Shown in pieces: positions 53,625 to 62,082 of a DNA stretch of 64,000 bases. Under the pieces are notes generated by a model. The model did no database searches, was not told the DNA's origin, and was given only the letters and a program-made list of their open reading frames with translations. The position numbers and the translations under genes are program-made. Each line of letters starts with the position of its first letter. Positions within the stretch are counted from its first letter, which is position 1. The DNA comes from Minisyncoccota bacterium (GTDB taxonomy: Bacteria; Patescibacteriota; Minisyncoccia; Phycocordibacterales; UBA1006), in assembly GCA_036405175.1 (NCBI GenBank), contig DASWYC010000002.1, positions 187,429 to 251,428 on the forward strand, in the 5' to 3' direction.

Positions 53625-54824
53625 ATGTCATCACTCTACAAGGACGCAATTTACTGGATTGAAACCGATCAAATCCAACCAAACCCTTACCAGCCTCGTA
53701 AAGAATTTGATGAGGCCGCTTTGCTTGATTTGGCAGATTCTATTCGCCAGTATGGGATTTTGCAGCCTTTGGTGGTGACCCGTGTTGAAGATATTAATCC
53801 AGAAGGTGGAATGGACGTTCGCTATGAGTTGATTGCAGGAGAACGTCGTTTGCGTGCTTCTAAGATTGCGGGGCTGTATCAAGTACCGGTGATTATTCGT
53901 AAAAATGAAGACAATAAAGCAAAATTTGAGTTGGCAATTATTGAAAACCTTCAGCGCGAAGATTTGAACGCAATTGATCGCGCTATTGCGTTTGATCGTT
54001 TGGTAAATGAATTTGGATTAACGCATGCTCAGGTTGGAAAGCGTATGGGAAAGTCGCGCGAGTATGTTACCAACACCTTGCGTTTGTTGGCACTTCCTGA
54101 AGAGATTAAGCAAGCGGTGATGAGTCGTCGCCTTCCAGAAGGACACTGTCGTCCTTTGTTGATGTTGAGTGAGCGCCCAGAAGAACAAATGACCCTCTTT
54201 CATGAGATAGTTATTAAAAAACTAACCGTACGTGATGCGGAACGTATTGCACGTGGAATTGCTCAGGATAAAGTTCGCAAACCAAACGCTGAGCCGCGTG
54301 ATTTGGATCTTGAAAAGCGAGAACAGGAGGTTTCTAAGAAAATTGGTGCACGCGTGACGGTTGAAAAGCATCGCGGACAAGGTGGACGATTAGTGGTGGA
54401 AGTGATGTCTGAAGAAGATATTGAGCAGATCATGAAAGCTTTGGAAGCACTTGGAACATTGCCAGGGGCTGAACTGTTGAAGTCTCAACTTGCTGGATCA
54501 ATTGAAGATTTTAATAAGAAGCGTATGAGTCAGGGTGGTGGTGTGTTTGAATCAGCCGGAACTCACACAACCGATGAATCTTCAACCGGATCAATTGAAC
54601 AGGCGCTTGAAATTGCACAAGAAGAAAAAGAGGAAGAAGCTTCTACTTCTAAAGCGATTAACTATGATGATTTTTCATACGCAGAAGATGACTATTCAGT
54701 ATTTGGAGGCTCAGTATTAGAAACTCCGCCTGATGAATCAGATTTTGGATCGTATGCAACCCAAACGCCTGCAGCAGATAAGCAGCAGGATGATAATGAT
54801 CCTTCAATCACGTTTACCGTATAA
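53625..54824 (+). CDS. parB: ParB/Spo0J-family partition protein with an extended acidic C-terminal tail
   Basis: GILQPLVV and the ParB box II GERRLRASKIAG, plus an HTH region. The last roughly 120 aa are acidic and low-complexity. The ATG at 53625 follows GGTATACT (53608-53615) by 9 nt. The track start at 53538 lies inside the terminator region. Confidence 0.85.
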   Translation: MSSLYKDAIYWIETDQIQPNPYQPRKEFDEAALLDLADSIRQYGILQPLVVTRVEDINPEGGMDVRYELIAGERRLRASKIAGLYQVPVIIRKNEDNKAKFELAIIENLQREDLNAIDRAIAFDRLVNEFGLTHAQVGKRMGKSREYVTNTLRLLALPEEIKQAVMSRRLPEGHCRPLLMLSERPEEQMTLFHEIVIKKLTVRDAERIARGIAQDKVRKPNAEPRDLDLEKREQEVSKKIGARVTVEKHRGQGGRLVVEVMSEEDIEQIMKALEALGTLPGAELLKSQLAGSIEDFNKKRMSQGGGVFESAGTHTTDESSTGSIEQALEIAQEEKEEEASTSKAINYDDFSYAEDDYSVFGGSVLETPPDESDFGSYATQTPAADKQQDDNDPSITFTV

Positions 54825-55375
54825 TGGAACGCTATTTTTTGAAAGAACTGGGAATTGAATATGTGGTAAAGCAGAGCACTCGCGCAAAACGAGTGTCCAT
54901 TGCGGTGCATCATACCCATGAGGTTGTGGTGACTAAACCGCGACGTATTTCGCTATCCTCAATTCATGATATTGTGAGGCAGAATATCGGTGTAATTGAA
55001 AAGATGCGAGCTAAAATTGCAACGTCAGATAAAATTAGTTTAGGTGCTTCGCGAGAAGATTATCTAAAAAATAAAAAGCTGGCAGAGGACCTGCTTGCAC
55101 CGCGTGTAAAAGCATTGGCGCATCTTATGGATATTAAATATGAAAAACTAACAGTACGATATCAGGTAAGCAGGTGGGGAAGCTGTTCAAGCACGGGAAC
55201 AATCAGTCTTAATTACAAACTTATTAAACTTCCTATTCATCTCCAAGATTATGTAATTATTCATGAGTTGGCGCATAGAAAAGAAATGAACCACTCATCT
55301 CGCTTTTGGAAACTCGTTGAACAATTTGATCCACAGTATAAACAAAACAGAAAAGAACTCCAGAGGTATTTTTAA
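54824..55375 (+). CDS. YgjP/DUF45-like (SprT-like) zinc metallopeptidase-fold protein
   Basis: WGSCSSTGTISLNYKLIKLP...IIHELAHRKEMNHSSRFW carries the HExxH motif typical of the YgjP family. Its start overlaps the parB stop (TAATG). Confidence 0.75.
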   Translation: MERYFLKELGIEYVVKQSTRAKRVSIAVHHTHEVVVTKPRRISLSSIHDIVRQNIGVIEKMRAKIATSDKISLGASREDYLKNKKLAEDLLAPRVKALAHLMDIKYEKLTVRYQVSRWGSCSSTGTISLNYKLIKLPIHLQDYVIIHELAHRKEMNHSSRFWKLVEQFDPQYKQNRKELQRYF

Positions 55376-55400
55376 GCCACTCATTACTGAGCGGTTTAAT

Positions 55401-56909
55401 TTATTTAAAGAATCGCATAAACAAGCTGGCCTCTTTTGATTTATTACGAAGATTGCGCTTGGCAAAGCTGGTCTTTGCAAACGGCAATAACTTATAACTT
55501 GGTTTAGCCTTTGGATCCACTTCAACATGCACTACATCATTAGAGTGAAGTTCAGTTTTTAAAGAAGAATATTTTCCATTAATAGTTATGGCGTGGGCGT
55601 GATCACCGATATCAGTGTGTACGGCATAAGCAAAATCAATACCCGTTGAGCCGTGTGGCAAATCAATAACGTCACCTTTAGGGGTAAATACAAAGATACG
55701 ATCTTCAAAAAAATCGGTCTTTAACGATTTTAAATATGAATCAGGATCCTTTGATTCGCTCTTAAGATCAGATAAATCCGAAAGCCATGACAATGCATGG
55801 TATTTTTCTTTTTTAGTATCAATATTAATAATTGAATTTTTGTATGCAAAGTGTGCGGCAATTCCAAATTCTGATTGCTCGTGCATCTTGTGCGTTCTAA
55901 TCTGAATTTCCGCAACACCGCCATCACCGGTAAATACCGTAGTATGAAGCGATTGATAGCCGTTTGGTTTTGGAAGCGCAATGAAATCTTTAATACGTCC
56001 CGGTACTGGTTTAAGGTGGGCATGAATAATCCCGAGTGCGCGATAACAATCTTCCGGCGTATCAACTAAAACACGCAATGCAATCATGTCAGAGACTTCG
56101 TCTACCGAGTATCCTTTGCGGGTCATCTTTTTATACAGTGAAAAGACTCCTTTAATGCGGTGAGTAGTTGAGTTGGCAATACCGTTATCGCTTAAAATGC
56201 GTTTAAGTTTTTTGAAGAGCTTTTCAACCATTTCCTCATTTTTCTTAGCACGGGAACTCATCACCGTCATGAGCTTTTGATATTCTTCTGGATAGGCATA
56301 GGGGAATGCTGCATCCTGAAGTTCTCCAGAAAGTTTTGCCATTCCCAATCGTCCTGCTAATGGTGCATAAATCTCAATACTTTCAAGTGCAATACGTGGG
56401 CGCTTGTCCGGGCGTACGCCGTCAAGTGTTTGCAGGTTATGAAGACGGTCACAGAGTTTAATGATCACCACACGCACATCTGCTGCGGAGGCAATAAAGA
56501 ATTTGCGGAGTGATTCCACATGACGATCACGTCCTTGATATTTTAGCTTTCCAAGTTTGGTAACTCCTTGTACAAGGCTAGTAATCTCGTCGCCAAATTT
56601 AGCACGCAATTCATCCTCAGTAAGTGAGGTATCTTCAAGAGTATCGTGCAGAAGTGCAGCGGCAATGGTTGTGGCGCCCAATCCATAACGAGCAACGTTG
56701 CATGCCGTCTCAAATACATGATACACATACGGCTCGCCACTGTTGCGCTCCTGTCCATCGTGATAGGTAATAGCAGTATCTAGGGCACGTTCCAAAAGCT
56801 CCACTTTGTCCGCCGTAAATTCACGCCCCCAGGCTTTTGAAGAGGTTTCAACAAGTTTTGCCACGCTCAAATCCTTGCGAGGATCTTTGGTGATTGCACG
56901 GGTTGTCAT
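55401..56909 (-). CDS. rel: Short RelA/SpoT-homologue (p)ppGpp synthetase/hydrolase with HD, synthetase and TGS domains and no ACT domain
   Basis: The HD domain has HDTLEDT. The synthetase domain has DMIALRVLV...GYQSLHTTV. TGS is the C-terminal FTPKGDVIDLPHGSTGIDFAYAVHTDIG. Confidence 0.9.
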   Translation of the reverse strand: MTTRAITKDPRKDLSVAKLVETSSKAWGREFTADKVELLERALDTAITYHDGQERNSGEPYVYHVFETACNVARYGLGATTIAAALLHDTLEDTSLTEDELRAKFGDEITSLVQGVTKLGKLKYQGRDRHVESLRKFFIASAADVRVVIIKLCDRLHNLQTLDGVRPDKRPRIALESIEIYAPLAGRLGMAKLSGELQDAAFPYAYPEEYQKLMTVMSSRAKKNEEMVEKLFKKLKRILSDNGIANSTTHRIKGVFSLYKKMTRKGYSVDEVSDMIALRVLVDTPEDCYRALGIIHAHLKPVPGRIKDFIALPKPNGYQSLHTTVFTGDGGVAEIQIRTHKMHEQSEFGIAAHFAYKNSIINIDTKKEKYHALSWLSDLSDLKSESKDPDSYLKSLKTDFFEDRIFVFTPKGDVIDLPHGSTGIDFAYAVHTDIGDHAHAITINGKYSSLKTELHSNDVVHVEVDPKAKPSYKLLPFAKTSFAKRNLRNKSKEASLFMRFFK

Positions 56910-56955
56910 TGACTCATCATATCAAAAATATCCCTAATATGGTATAGTTTGAAAC

Positions 56956-58287
56956 ATGAAACGCATTGATCCAGAAACCGCCAAAGGGGTAGAGGATTAC
57001 CTTCCGGCACAAGCAACGCTTAAGAAAAATCTTATTCAAACTATTAGTGCAGTATGTGAGCGGCATGGATTTGAATATCTTGAAACACCAATTTTAGAAA
57101 ATATTACCACGCTGAAAACTGCGGAGAGTGACTTTAGAATTTTTAATGCACTTACTGGTGAGGATGATGCATGGGATACGGGCCTTCGTTTTGATCTTAC
57201 GGTTCCGCTGGCACGCGTAGTTGCTATGCACTGGAATGATCTTTCAAAACCCTTTAAGCGATATCAGGTGGGTGAAGTATTCCGTGGCGAGAAGCCTCAA
57301 AAGGGACGCTTGCGCCAATTTACGCAGTTTGATTGTGATATTGTAGGTACTCAGAATAAAGATGCTGATGTGAGCTTGCTTTTGTTGGCACGTAATGTGT
57401 TCGACGAGCTTAAGCTTGGACAAAAAGCTACGCTTCATATTAACTCAAAAGAATATTTTTATGCTTTACAAGATGTTCTTAAGATTTCTGATGAAACGTT
57501 GGAAGAGTTAGTAAAATTGTTTGATAAAAAAGCAAAAATTAGTGCAGAAGAATGCGAGCAATCACTTGTTGCACTTATTACTGATTCAGCGGGGCAAGAG
57601 GTATGCCGCAAAATCCTTAATCATACTCCTTCAGAAGACTTTGAAACCATGTTGAGTTATCTTTCTTCTAATACGCTTGTAAATATTTATGATAATGGAG
57701 GTCGGCTTGAAAAGCTGCGTGATGAATTTGCTGCATTAGAAGATGTTCTTTCTAATAACGAAGCAAGTACCTCATTTGTATTTAATCCAACCATCGCGCG
57801 TGGCTTTGGCTACTATACTGGCATGGTATGTGAGGTGATAATCGATGGGTTTAACTTCTCAGTCCTTGGTGGCGGACGCTACGACAAACTTACTGAACGT
57901 TTTTCTCCACAAAATTTCCCAGCGGTGGGTATCTCATTTGGCGTAGATCGCATTCTAATTGTTCTTAATGAACTTGGCCTTACTCTTACACCAATCCAGA
58001 AAACTCATGTCGTTGTTGGATATATTAATGAGTCAGCTCGCGCCTACGCATTTTCTGTATTAACTGGCTTAGATGCGTACAAAGACTCTATTGCATCAGA
58101 AATGTATATTGGTGATCAGATTGATGCGCGCAGTATTCTTATGTATGCACTTGCAAAGCAAGCAACCCATATGGTGGTAGTAGGTGAAGATGAAATGGAA
58201 AATAGTAATGTAACGGTAAAGAATCTTGCAGCCAAAGAACAAACAACCATTCCTGTTGATGTTCTTGAAAGTTATCTTCGTGGATAG
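56956..58287 (+). CDS. hisS: Histidine--tRNA ligase
   Basis: Class II motifs: KRYQVGEVFRGEKPQKGRLRQFTQFDCDIVG, GGGRYDKL and the C-terminal anticodon-binding domain. Confidence 0.85.
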   Translation: MKRIDPETAKGVEDYLPAQATLKKNLIQTISAVCERHGFEYLETPILENITTLKTAESDFRIFNALTGEDDAWDTGLRFDLTVPLARVVAMHWNDLSKPFKRYQVGEVFRGEKPQKGRLRQFTQFDCDIVGTQNKDADVSLLLLARNVFDELKLGQKATLHINSKEYFYALQDVLKISDETLEELVKLFDKKAKISAEECEQSLVALITDSAGQEVCRKILNHTPSEDFETMLSYLSSNTLVNIYDNGGRLEKLRDEFAALEDVLSNNEASTSFVFNPTIARGFGYYTGMVCEVIIDGFNFSVLGGGRYDKLTERFSPQNFPAVGISFGVDRILIVLNELGLTLTPIQKTHVVVGYINESARAYAFSVLTGLDAYKDSIASEMYIGDQIDARSILMYALAKQATHMVVVGEDEMENSNVTVKNLAAKEQTTIPVDVLESYLRG

Positions 58288-58301
58288 GGTATACTGTATT
58301 C

Positions 58302-58673
58302 ATGAATAGAATCCTTCTTTGGATTGTTGAACACATCAGTACTTTTGTGGCATATGCTCAACAGCAAACCCCGGCTGCAGGGCCAATCTTAAATATTCCT
58401 AAGTTTGAAAATCCACTTGCAAAGGCTGGTATTAATGACCTTCCATCATTTATTGAAACTATTCTTAAATTTGTTGTTGATCTTGGAACACCGCTCATTG
58501 CTATTGCATTTATCTGGACAGGGCTCCAGTATGTATTGGCGCAAGGAAATCCTGAGAAGCTTAAGAATGCTCACCGTGCCGCAAAGTATACATTTATTGG
58601 AGCAATACTTATTTTGGGAGCCTTTGTGGTAACGAAGGTAATCTCTGCAACGATTGGAGAAGTTATTGATTAA
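58302..58673 (+). CDS. Small secreted two-helix membrane protein, T4SS pilin-like (VirB2/TrbC-like, PF18895-like); array member 1
   Basis: 123 aa. A signal peptide ending FVAYAQ, then two hydrophobic helices separated by a short W/basic loop (LIAIAFIWTGLQYVLAQGNPEK...FIGAILILGAFVVTKVI). GGGTATACT sits 6 nt before the ATG. Confidence 0.6.
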   Translation: MNRILLWIVEHISTFVAYAQQQTPAAGPILNIPKFENPLAKAGINDLPSFIETILKFVVDLGTPLIAIAFIWTGLQYVLAQGNPEKLKNAHRAAKYTFIGAILILGAFVVTKVISATIGEVID

Positions 58674-58682
58674 AATATTTTT

Positions 58683-59042
58683 ATGAACATCATTTCATTT
58701 ATCTCAACGTATTTTTCACCAGCAATTATTGCTGAAGCTGCATGTACCAGCCCATCATGTGTTGGCTCATTTGGTACTTTCGTTGAATATGTAATTTATC
58801 TGATTAGTAAGGTAGCTATTCCAGTTTTACTTACTGCTGCGGTTGTTGTATTTTTCTACGGTATTATTAGAACCTATATTTGGGAAACTGACCCGGCAAC
58901 AATTAATAAAAATAAATTTTATGTAGCATGGGGTCTTGGAGGAATCTTTGTGATGCTTGCTATCTGGGGAATCATTAATGTGATCTCAAGCAGCATTGGT
59001 ATTGGAATTGGTGGGGATATCGTTATTCCACAGTTTAAATAA
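58683..59042 (+). CDS. T4SS pilin-like small membrane protein; array member 2
   Basis: 119 aa. A signal-like N-terminus (AIIAEAA), helix 1 IPVLLTAAVVVFFYGIIRTYIWE, then helix 2 WGLGGIFVMLAIWGIINVISSSIGIGIGG. It is a close paralog of member 3. Confidence 0.6.
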   Translation: MNIISFISTYFSPAIIAEAACTSPSCVGSFGTFVEYVIYLISKVAIPVLLTAAVVVFFYGIIRTYIWETDPATINKNKFYVAWGLGGIFVMLAIWGIINVISSSIGIGIGGDIVIPQFK

Positions 59043-59115
59043 CTTGATGAAGTTTGTAGGTGTATACTTAAGGGGTATCAGTTAATCATTACGGATATCA
59101 ATTAATTTTTTTATT

Positions 59116-59496
59116 ATGAAGACATTACAGAAATACGGAGTATCCCTCATGTCATTGGTGTGGATAGTTCCTTCATTTGCATACGCACAGGTTATTCCTG
59201 GTGGACGTTCTCTTTGGGATATCGCAGGTGAATACATTAAGTACATCACCAACAACCTTATTCCAATCTTGGTGACGATTGCAGTGATCGTACTCATTGT
59301 TAACATCATCCGCTACATTCTCTGGAACAACAAAGGAGAAATCGAGCACAAGAAGGCTGCATCTCAGCTTGCATGGAGCATCGGAGGACTCTTTATCATC
59401 CTTGCCATCTGGGGAATCATTGCGGTAATCTCTAAGACTCTTGGTATCGGAATTGGAGGAAATCCAATTGATCTTCCTGGAGTTCCATTTCCGTAA
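59116..59496 (+). CDS. T4SS pilin-like small membrane protein; array member 3
   Basis: 126 aa. The signal is ...VPSFAYAQ, helix 1 is IPILVTIAVIVLIVNIIRYILWNNKGE, and helix 2 is WSIGGLFIILAIWGIIAVISKTLGIGIGG. Its own terminator follows. Confidence 0.6.
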   Translation: MKTLQKYGVSLMSLVWIVPSFAYAQVIPGGRSLWDIAGEYIKYITNNLIPILVTIAVIVLIVNIIRYILWNNKGEIEHKKAASQLAWSIGGLFIILAIWGIIAVISKTLGIGIGGNPIDLPGVPFP

Positions 59497-59515
59497 GAGA
59501 TTTTCACTCCTTATT

Positions 59516-59540
59516 AAAAACAGCATTCGTGCTGTTTTTA
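59516..59540 (+). terminator. Intrinsic terminator inside the pilin-like array
   Basis: aaaaacagca-ttcg-tgctgttttt. Confidence 0.7.
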
Positions 59541-59592
59541 ATTTTCCACGTGTATCATTTTTGATACAACGTACACGGTATACTGTATCTAT

Positions 59593-59805
59593 ATGTTAAT
59601 CAACACAGTACTTTTGCACGGATTTCCTATTGCAGTTGGTGTGGTAGTTGCAATTATTATCGCAAGTATCCTTAGATATCACCACGCAAAGAAGAAAAAT
59701 AAAAAAGAAGCTAAAAAGCGTCTCAATAAGCGAATCGGTTGGTATATTGCAACCTTGCTCGCTATTGGTATTTTGTGGATGCTTATGATTATAGGCACTC
59801 GATAA
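59593..59805 (+). CDS. Small two-TM membrane protein with a basic loop; array member 4, divergent
   Basis: 70 aa. Two hydrophobic helices flank the basic loop RYHHAKKKNKKEAKKRLNKR. CGGTATACT sits 8 nt before the ATG. Confidence 0.5.
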   Translation: MLINTVLLHGFPIAVGVVVAIIIASILRYHHAKKKNKKEAKKRLNKRIGWYIATLLAIGILWMLMIIGTR

Positions 59806-59892
59806 TCAAAAAACAACTTATAAACATTGGCATCAACGCCGGTGTTTTTGTATACACAAATAATTAGTGAATAGGTGCGCTATACTATGTAC

Positions 59893-60282
59893 ATGAATCT
59901 CATAGAACTCATATCGATCATCACTCCTACTGCAGAAGCAGCAACTGCTGTTGAAACAGCGAACAAAGCCATATCAAAATTATTTACCGCGATTATTAAT
60001 CCAGTCATTAAGCTTGCATTCGTAGTAGGTATTTTCTTCTTCTTTTATACAATTATCCGTCGTGTATTGTGGGAACGAGGAAAGACCGATGAGTTTGGTT
60101 GGAAAGAAGGGCGCGGAGGTGTCATGGTATGGGGAATCCTCGGACTCTTTATTATGATTGCCGCTGCAGGAATCATTGGAACCATGAAAACTGGAATTCT
60201 TAAATTTGGTAAAGCAACAACCGGAGGAGGAAATACTACGACTCCAGTAGCTCCTGAACCAGATTTTACGCTTCCTAATTAG
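59893..60282 (+). CDS. T4SS pilin-like small membrane protein; array member 5
   Basis: The signal is ...TPTAEAATA. Helix 1 is AFVVGIFFFFYTIIRRVLWERGK and helix 2 is VWGILGLFIMIAAAGIIGTM, then a Gly/Thr tail. The track start at 59875 is GTG. An ATG at 59893 sits 7 nt after TATACT (59881-59886). Confidence 0.55.
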   Translation: MNLIELISIITPTAEAATAVETANKAISKLFTAIINPVIKLAFVVGIFFFFYTIIRRVLWERGKTDEFGWKEGRGGVMVWGILGLFIMIAAAGIIGTMKTGILKFGKATTGGGNTTTPVAPEPDFTLPN

Positions 60283-60310
60283 ACCTTATTTGATGGTATA
60301 CTAACCATGT

Positions 60311-60574
60311 ATGCTCTTTGACCTTATCTTGCAATCACCAGAATTTTTCAACGGTGCGTTCAATTTTTTTGTAGGCTATATTTTATTGCCAATCGTTGGT
60401 GTGCTTGCAGGGTTTTCATTTATTATATTTCTCTACGGATACGTTAAAAGCGTCCACCTGGGAGATTATTACAGTAAAGGTGAAGACGAAGGCAAAGAAC
60501 TTATGGGGAAGGGCCTCCTGTTCATGGCGCTCTGTGCAGGAATTTTTATCATTTCATATTACTTTCTTGTGTAA
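60311..60574 (+). CDS. Small two-TM membrane protein; array member 6
   Basis: 87 aa. Two hydrophobic helices around an acidic loop (GDYYSKGEDEGKE). TGGTATACT (60294-60302) lies upstream. Confidence 0.5.
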   Translation: MLFDLILQSPEFFNGAFNFFVGYILLPIVGVLAGFSFIIFLYGYVKSVHLGDYYSKGEDEGKELMGKGLLFMALCAGIFIISYYFLV

Positions 60575-60580
60575 CCCTGT

Positions 60581-61381
60581 ATGAAAAAGCCAATGTATCG
60601 TGATTTGCTGGTTATTGTTGGACTGGTGGCTATTGTTGCCGGATCACTTATTATTTACAAAAAGAAATCACCGCTCAGCGTTGCTGTATGTGATGAAAAT
60701 ACCTATCTTATCTCAGAAAAGAAGGTTACCTTTAATGAGAAAACTGATACTTATGAAATTGAGGTTGATTTACCATTGCCTCAATCATCTGAACTTGAAA
60801 CATTTATTAGAAAAGTTGCCAATGAACGCATTGATGGATTTAGAAAAGGAATTACTCAACCATCAGAAGGAGATATTACCAATGGATCAGGAAATCCTTC
60901 ACAACAAATTCTTAAAGGAGAGCTTTCTACCTCAACCTCGTTCGTAAATTACCAACTCCTTAACTATGTATATACTGGTGGAGCTCACGGCATGCCACTT
61001 ACCGAAACATTTGTATTCTCACGTGCTAATCCAACCAAGACCATTGAATTTGGAGATCTTTTTACCGCATCAGAACAATTTATTCCGATAGTCACATCGG
61101 TAGTTATTCCAAAGATTCTTGAGCAATACCGTGATATCTATATGGAATCAACAGTATATACTCCAGAAGAACTCACCAATGCACTCACGCAAGGCACCGA
61201 ATGGTCTGAATATTTTAAGAATTTTATTCTTACCGATGAAGGTATCACATTTATCTTTAGCGCATACTCAATTGCACCATATTCAGAAGGAGAGCCAGAA
61301 ATTACTGTCCCATGGAGTGCCGTCGATTCAATCCTTACCGAAGAAATGCACGAGCTTCTTAAAGTGTGTGCAAAAAAGTAA
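60581..61381 (+). CDS. DUF3298/DUF4163 (RsiV/PdaC-like) domain membrane-anchored protein
   Basis: An N-terminal TM (LLVIVGLVAIVAGSLIIY), then YVYTGGAHGMPL, which matches the DUF3298 YxGGAHG signature. Confidence 0.6.
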   Translation: MKKPMYRDLLVIVGLVAIVAGSLIIYKKKSPLSVAVCDENTYLISEKKVTFNEKTDTYEIEVDLPLPQSSELETFIRKVANERIDGFRKGITQPSEGDITNGSGNPSQQILKGELSTSTSFVNYQLLNYVYTGGAHGMPLTETFVFSRANPTKTIEFGDLFTASEQFIPIVTSVVIPKILEQYRDIYMESTVYTPEELTNALTQGTEWSEYFKNFILTDEGITFIFSAYSIAPYSEGEPEITVPWSAVDSILTEEMHELLKVCAKK

Positions 61382-61427
61382 CATGAACTGTTGTATACTT
61401 GATGCATATTAGTAATGTTTGATAGCT

Positions 61428-61502
61428 ATGGCAAAAGGACAGAATCGTGACGCAAAAAACAAAAATGTAAAGAAGCCAAAAAAGACAGCGGTAAAGAAAT
61501 AG
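61428..61502 (+). CDS. Candidate tiny lysine-rich peptide (24 aa), weak call
   Basis: MAKGQNRDAKNKNVKKPKKTAVKK*. It is preceded by an extended -10 TGTATACT (61392-61399) and followed immediately by a perfect hairpin terminator. Confidence 0.3.
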   Translation: MAKGQNRDAKNKNVKKPKKTAVKK

Positions 61503-61505
61503 AAA

Positions 61506-61533
61506 AAAGACTCTCTTAACGAGAGTCTTTTTT
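61506..61533. terminator. Bidirectional terminator with the same stem as the terminator at 53521
   Basis: aaagactctc-ttaac-gagagtctttttt. Confidence 0.75.
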
Positions 61534-62082
61534 AATACGAGCGATTTCTTGCTGAAGTTCTTCAAGGAGTGACTCAATCTTGTTAATACTGTCAGGTTCT
61601 TTTTGCGTGGATGATGTAGGTGTTTCTTCTTCGTCTAAGTCTTCTTGAATATCACCAATATCTTCCTGGATCTCGTCAATGTCATGAGCAACTTCATCCA
61701 TATCTTCTTGAATGTCTTCAATATCATCATGAATCTCATCAACATCCTTTTGGATTTCATCAATGTCTTGGGCCACCTCATCGATATCTTTCTGGATATC
61801 TTCAAGATCATCTGATACTTCACTAATATCTTCAGACACCGTGGTAAGTTGTTCCTCTGCACGATTTACTGACATTTGAATAAAAATAGAAAGATAGATA
61901 GCTTCGAGCGACACGATGGTTGTAAGAATAAGGAGAACTTTATTAGTATCAAAACCCAAGAGAATCAACACCATAAAGGTAACAAAAATAATAGTATGCA
62001 AAAGGAGCGATATTGATGACCCGATAAATCGAGTAGATTTTTGTGAGATTTCTTCGATTTTTTTGAGTAGACGCTCCTTCAT
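61516..62082 (-). CDS. DUF1003-family membrane protein with a C-terminal acidic heptad-repeat tail
   Basis: The N-terminus (FIGSSISLLLHTIIFVTFMVLILLGFD...LLILTTIVSLEAIYLSIFIQMSVNRAEEQ) matches the DUF1003 core (...LS..AA.QAP.I.MSQNRQ). About nine D[ILM]xE[IV]xx heptads follow (DIDEIQK, DVDEIHD, DIEDIQE, DMDEVAH...). Confidence 0.65.
   Translation of the reverse strand: MKERLLKKIEEISQKSTRFIGSSISLLLHTIIFVTFMVLILLGFDTNKVLLILTTIVSLEAIYLSIFIQMSVNRAEEQLTTVSEDISEVSDDLEDIQKDIDEVAQDIDEIQKDVDEIHDDIEDIQEDMDEVAHDIDEIQEDIGDIQEDLDEEETPTSSTQKEPDSINKIESLLEELQQEIARIKKDSR
61575..61860. repeat. Imperfect 21-bp tandem repeats inside the DUF1003 gene, encoding acidic heptads
   Basis: Units of the form atcttc(t/c)tg(a/g)at(a/c)tc(a/g)tc(a/c)at recur in the DNA, consistent with the protein-level heptads. 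Confidence 0.6.

Noticed and set aside
61575-61860. The 21-bp tandem repeats as a possible CRISPR array or minisatellite outside genes.
   Set aside because: The repeats are in-frame inside a DUF1003 ORF and encode heptads. There are no spacer-like unique segments and no cas genes in the window.
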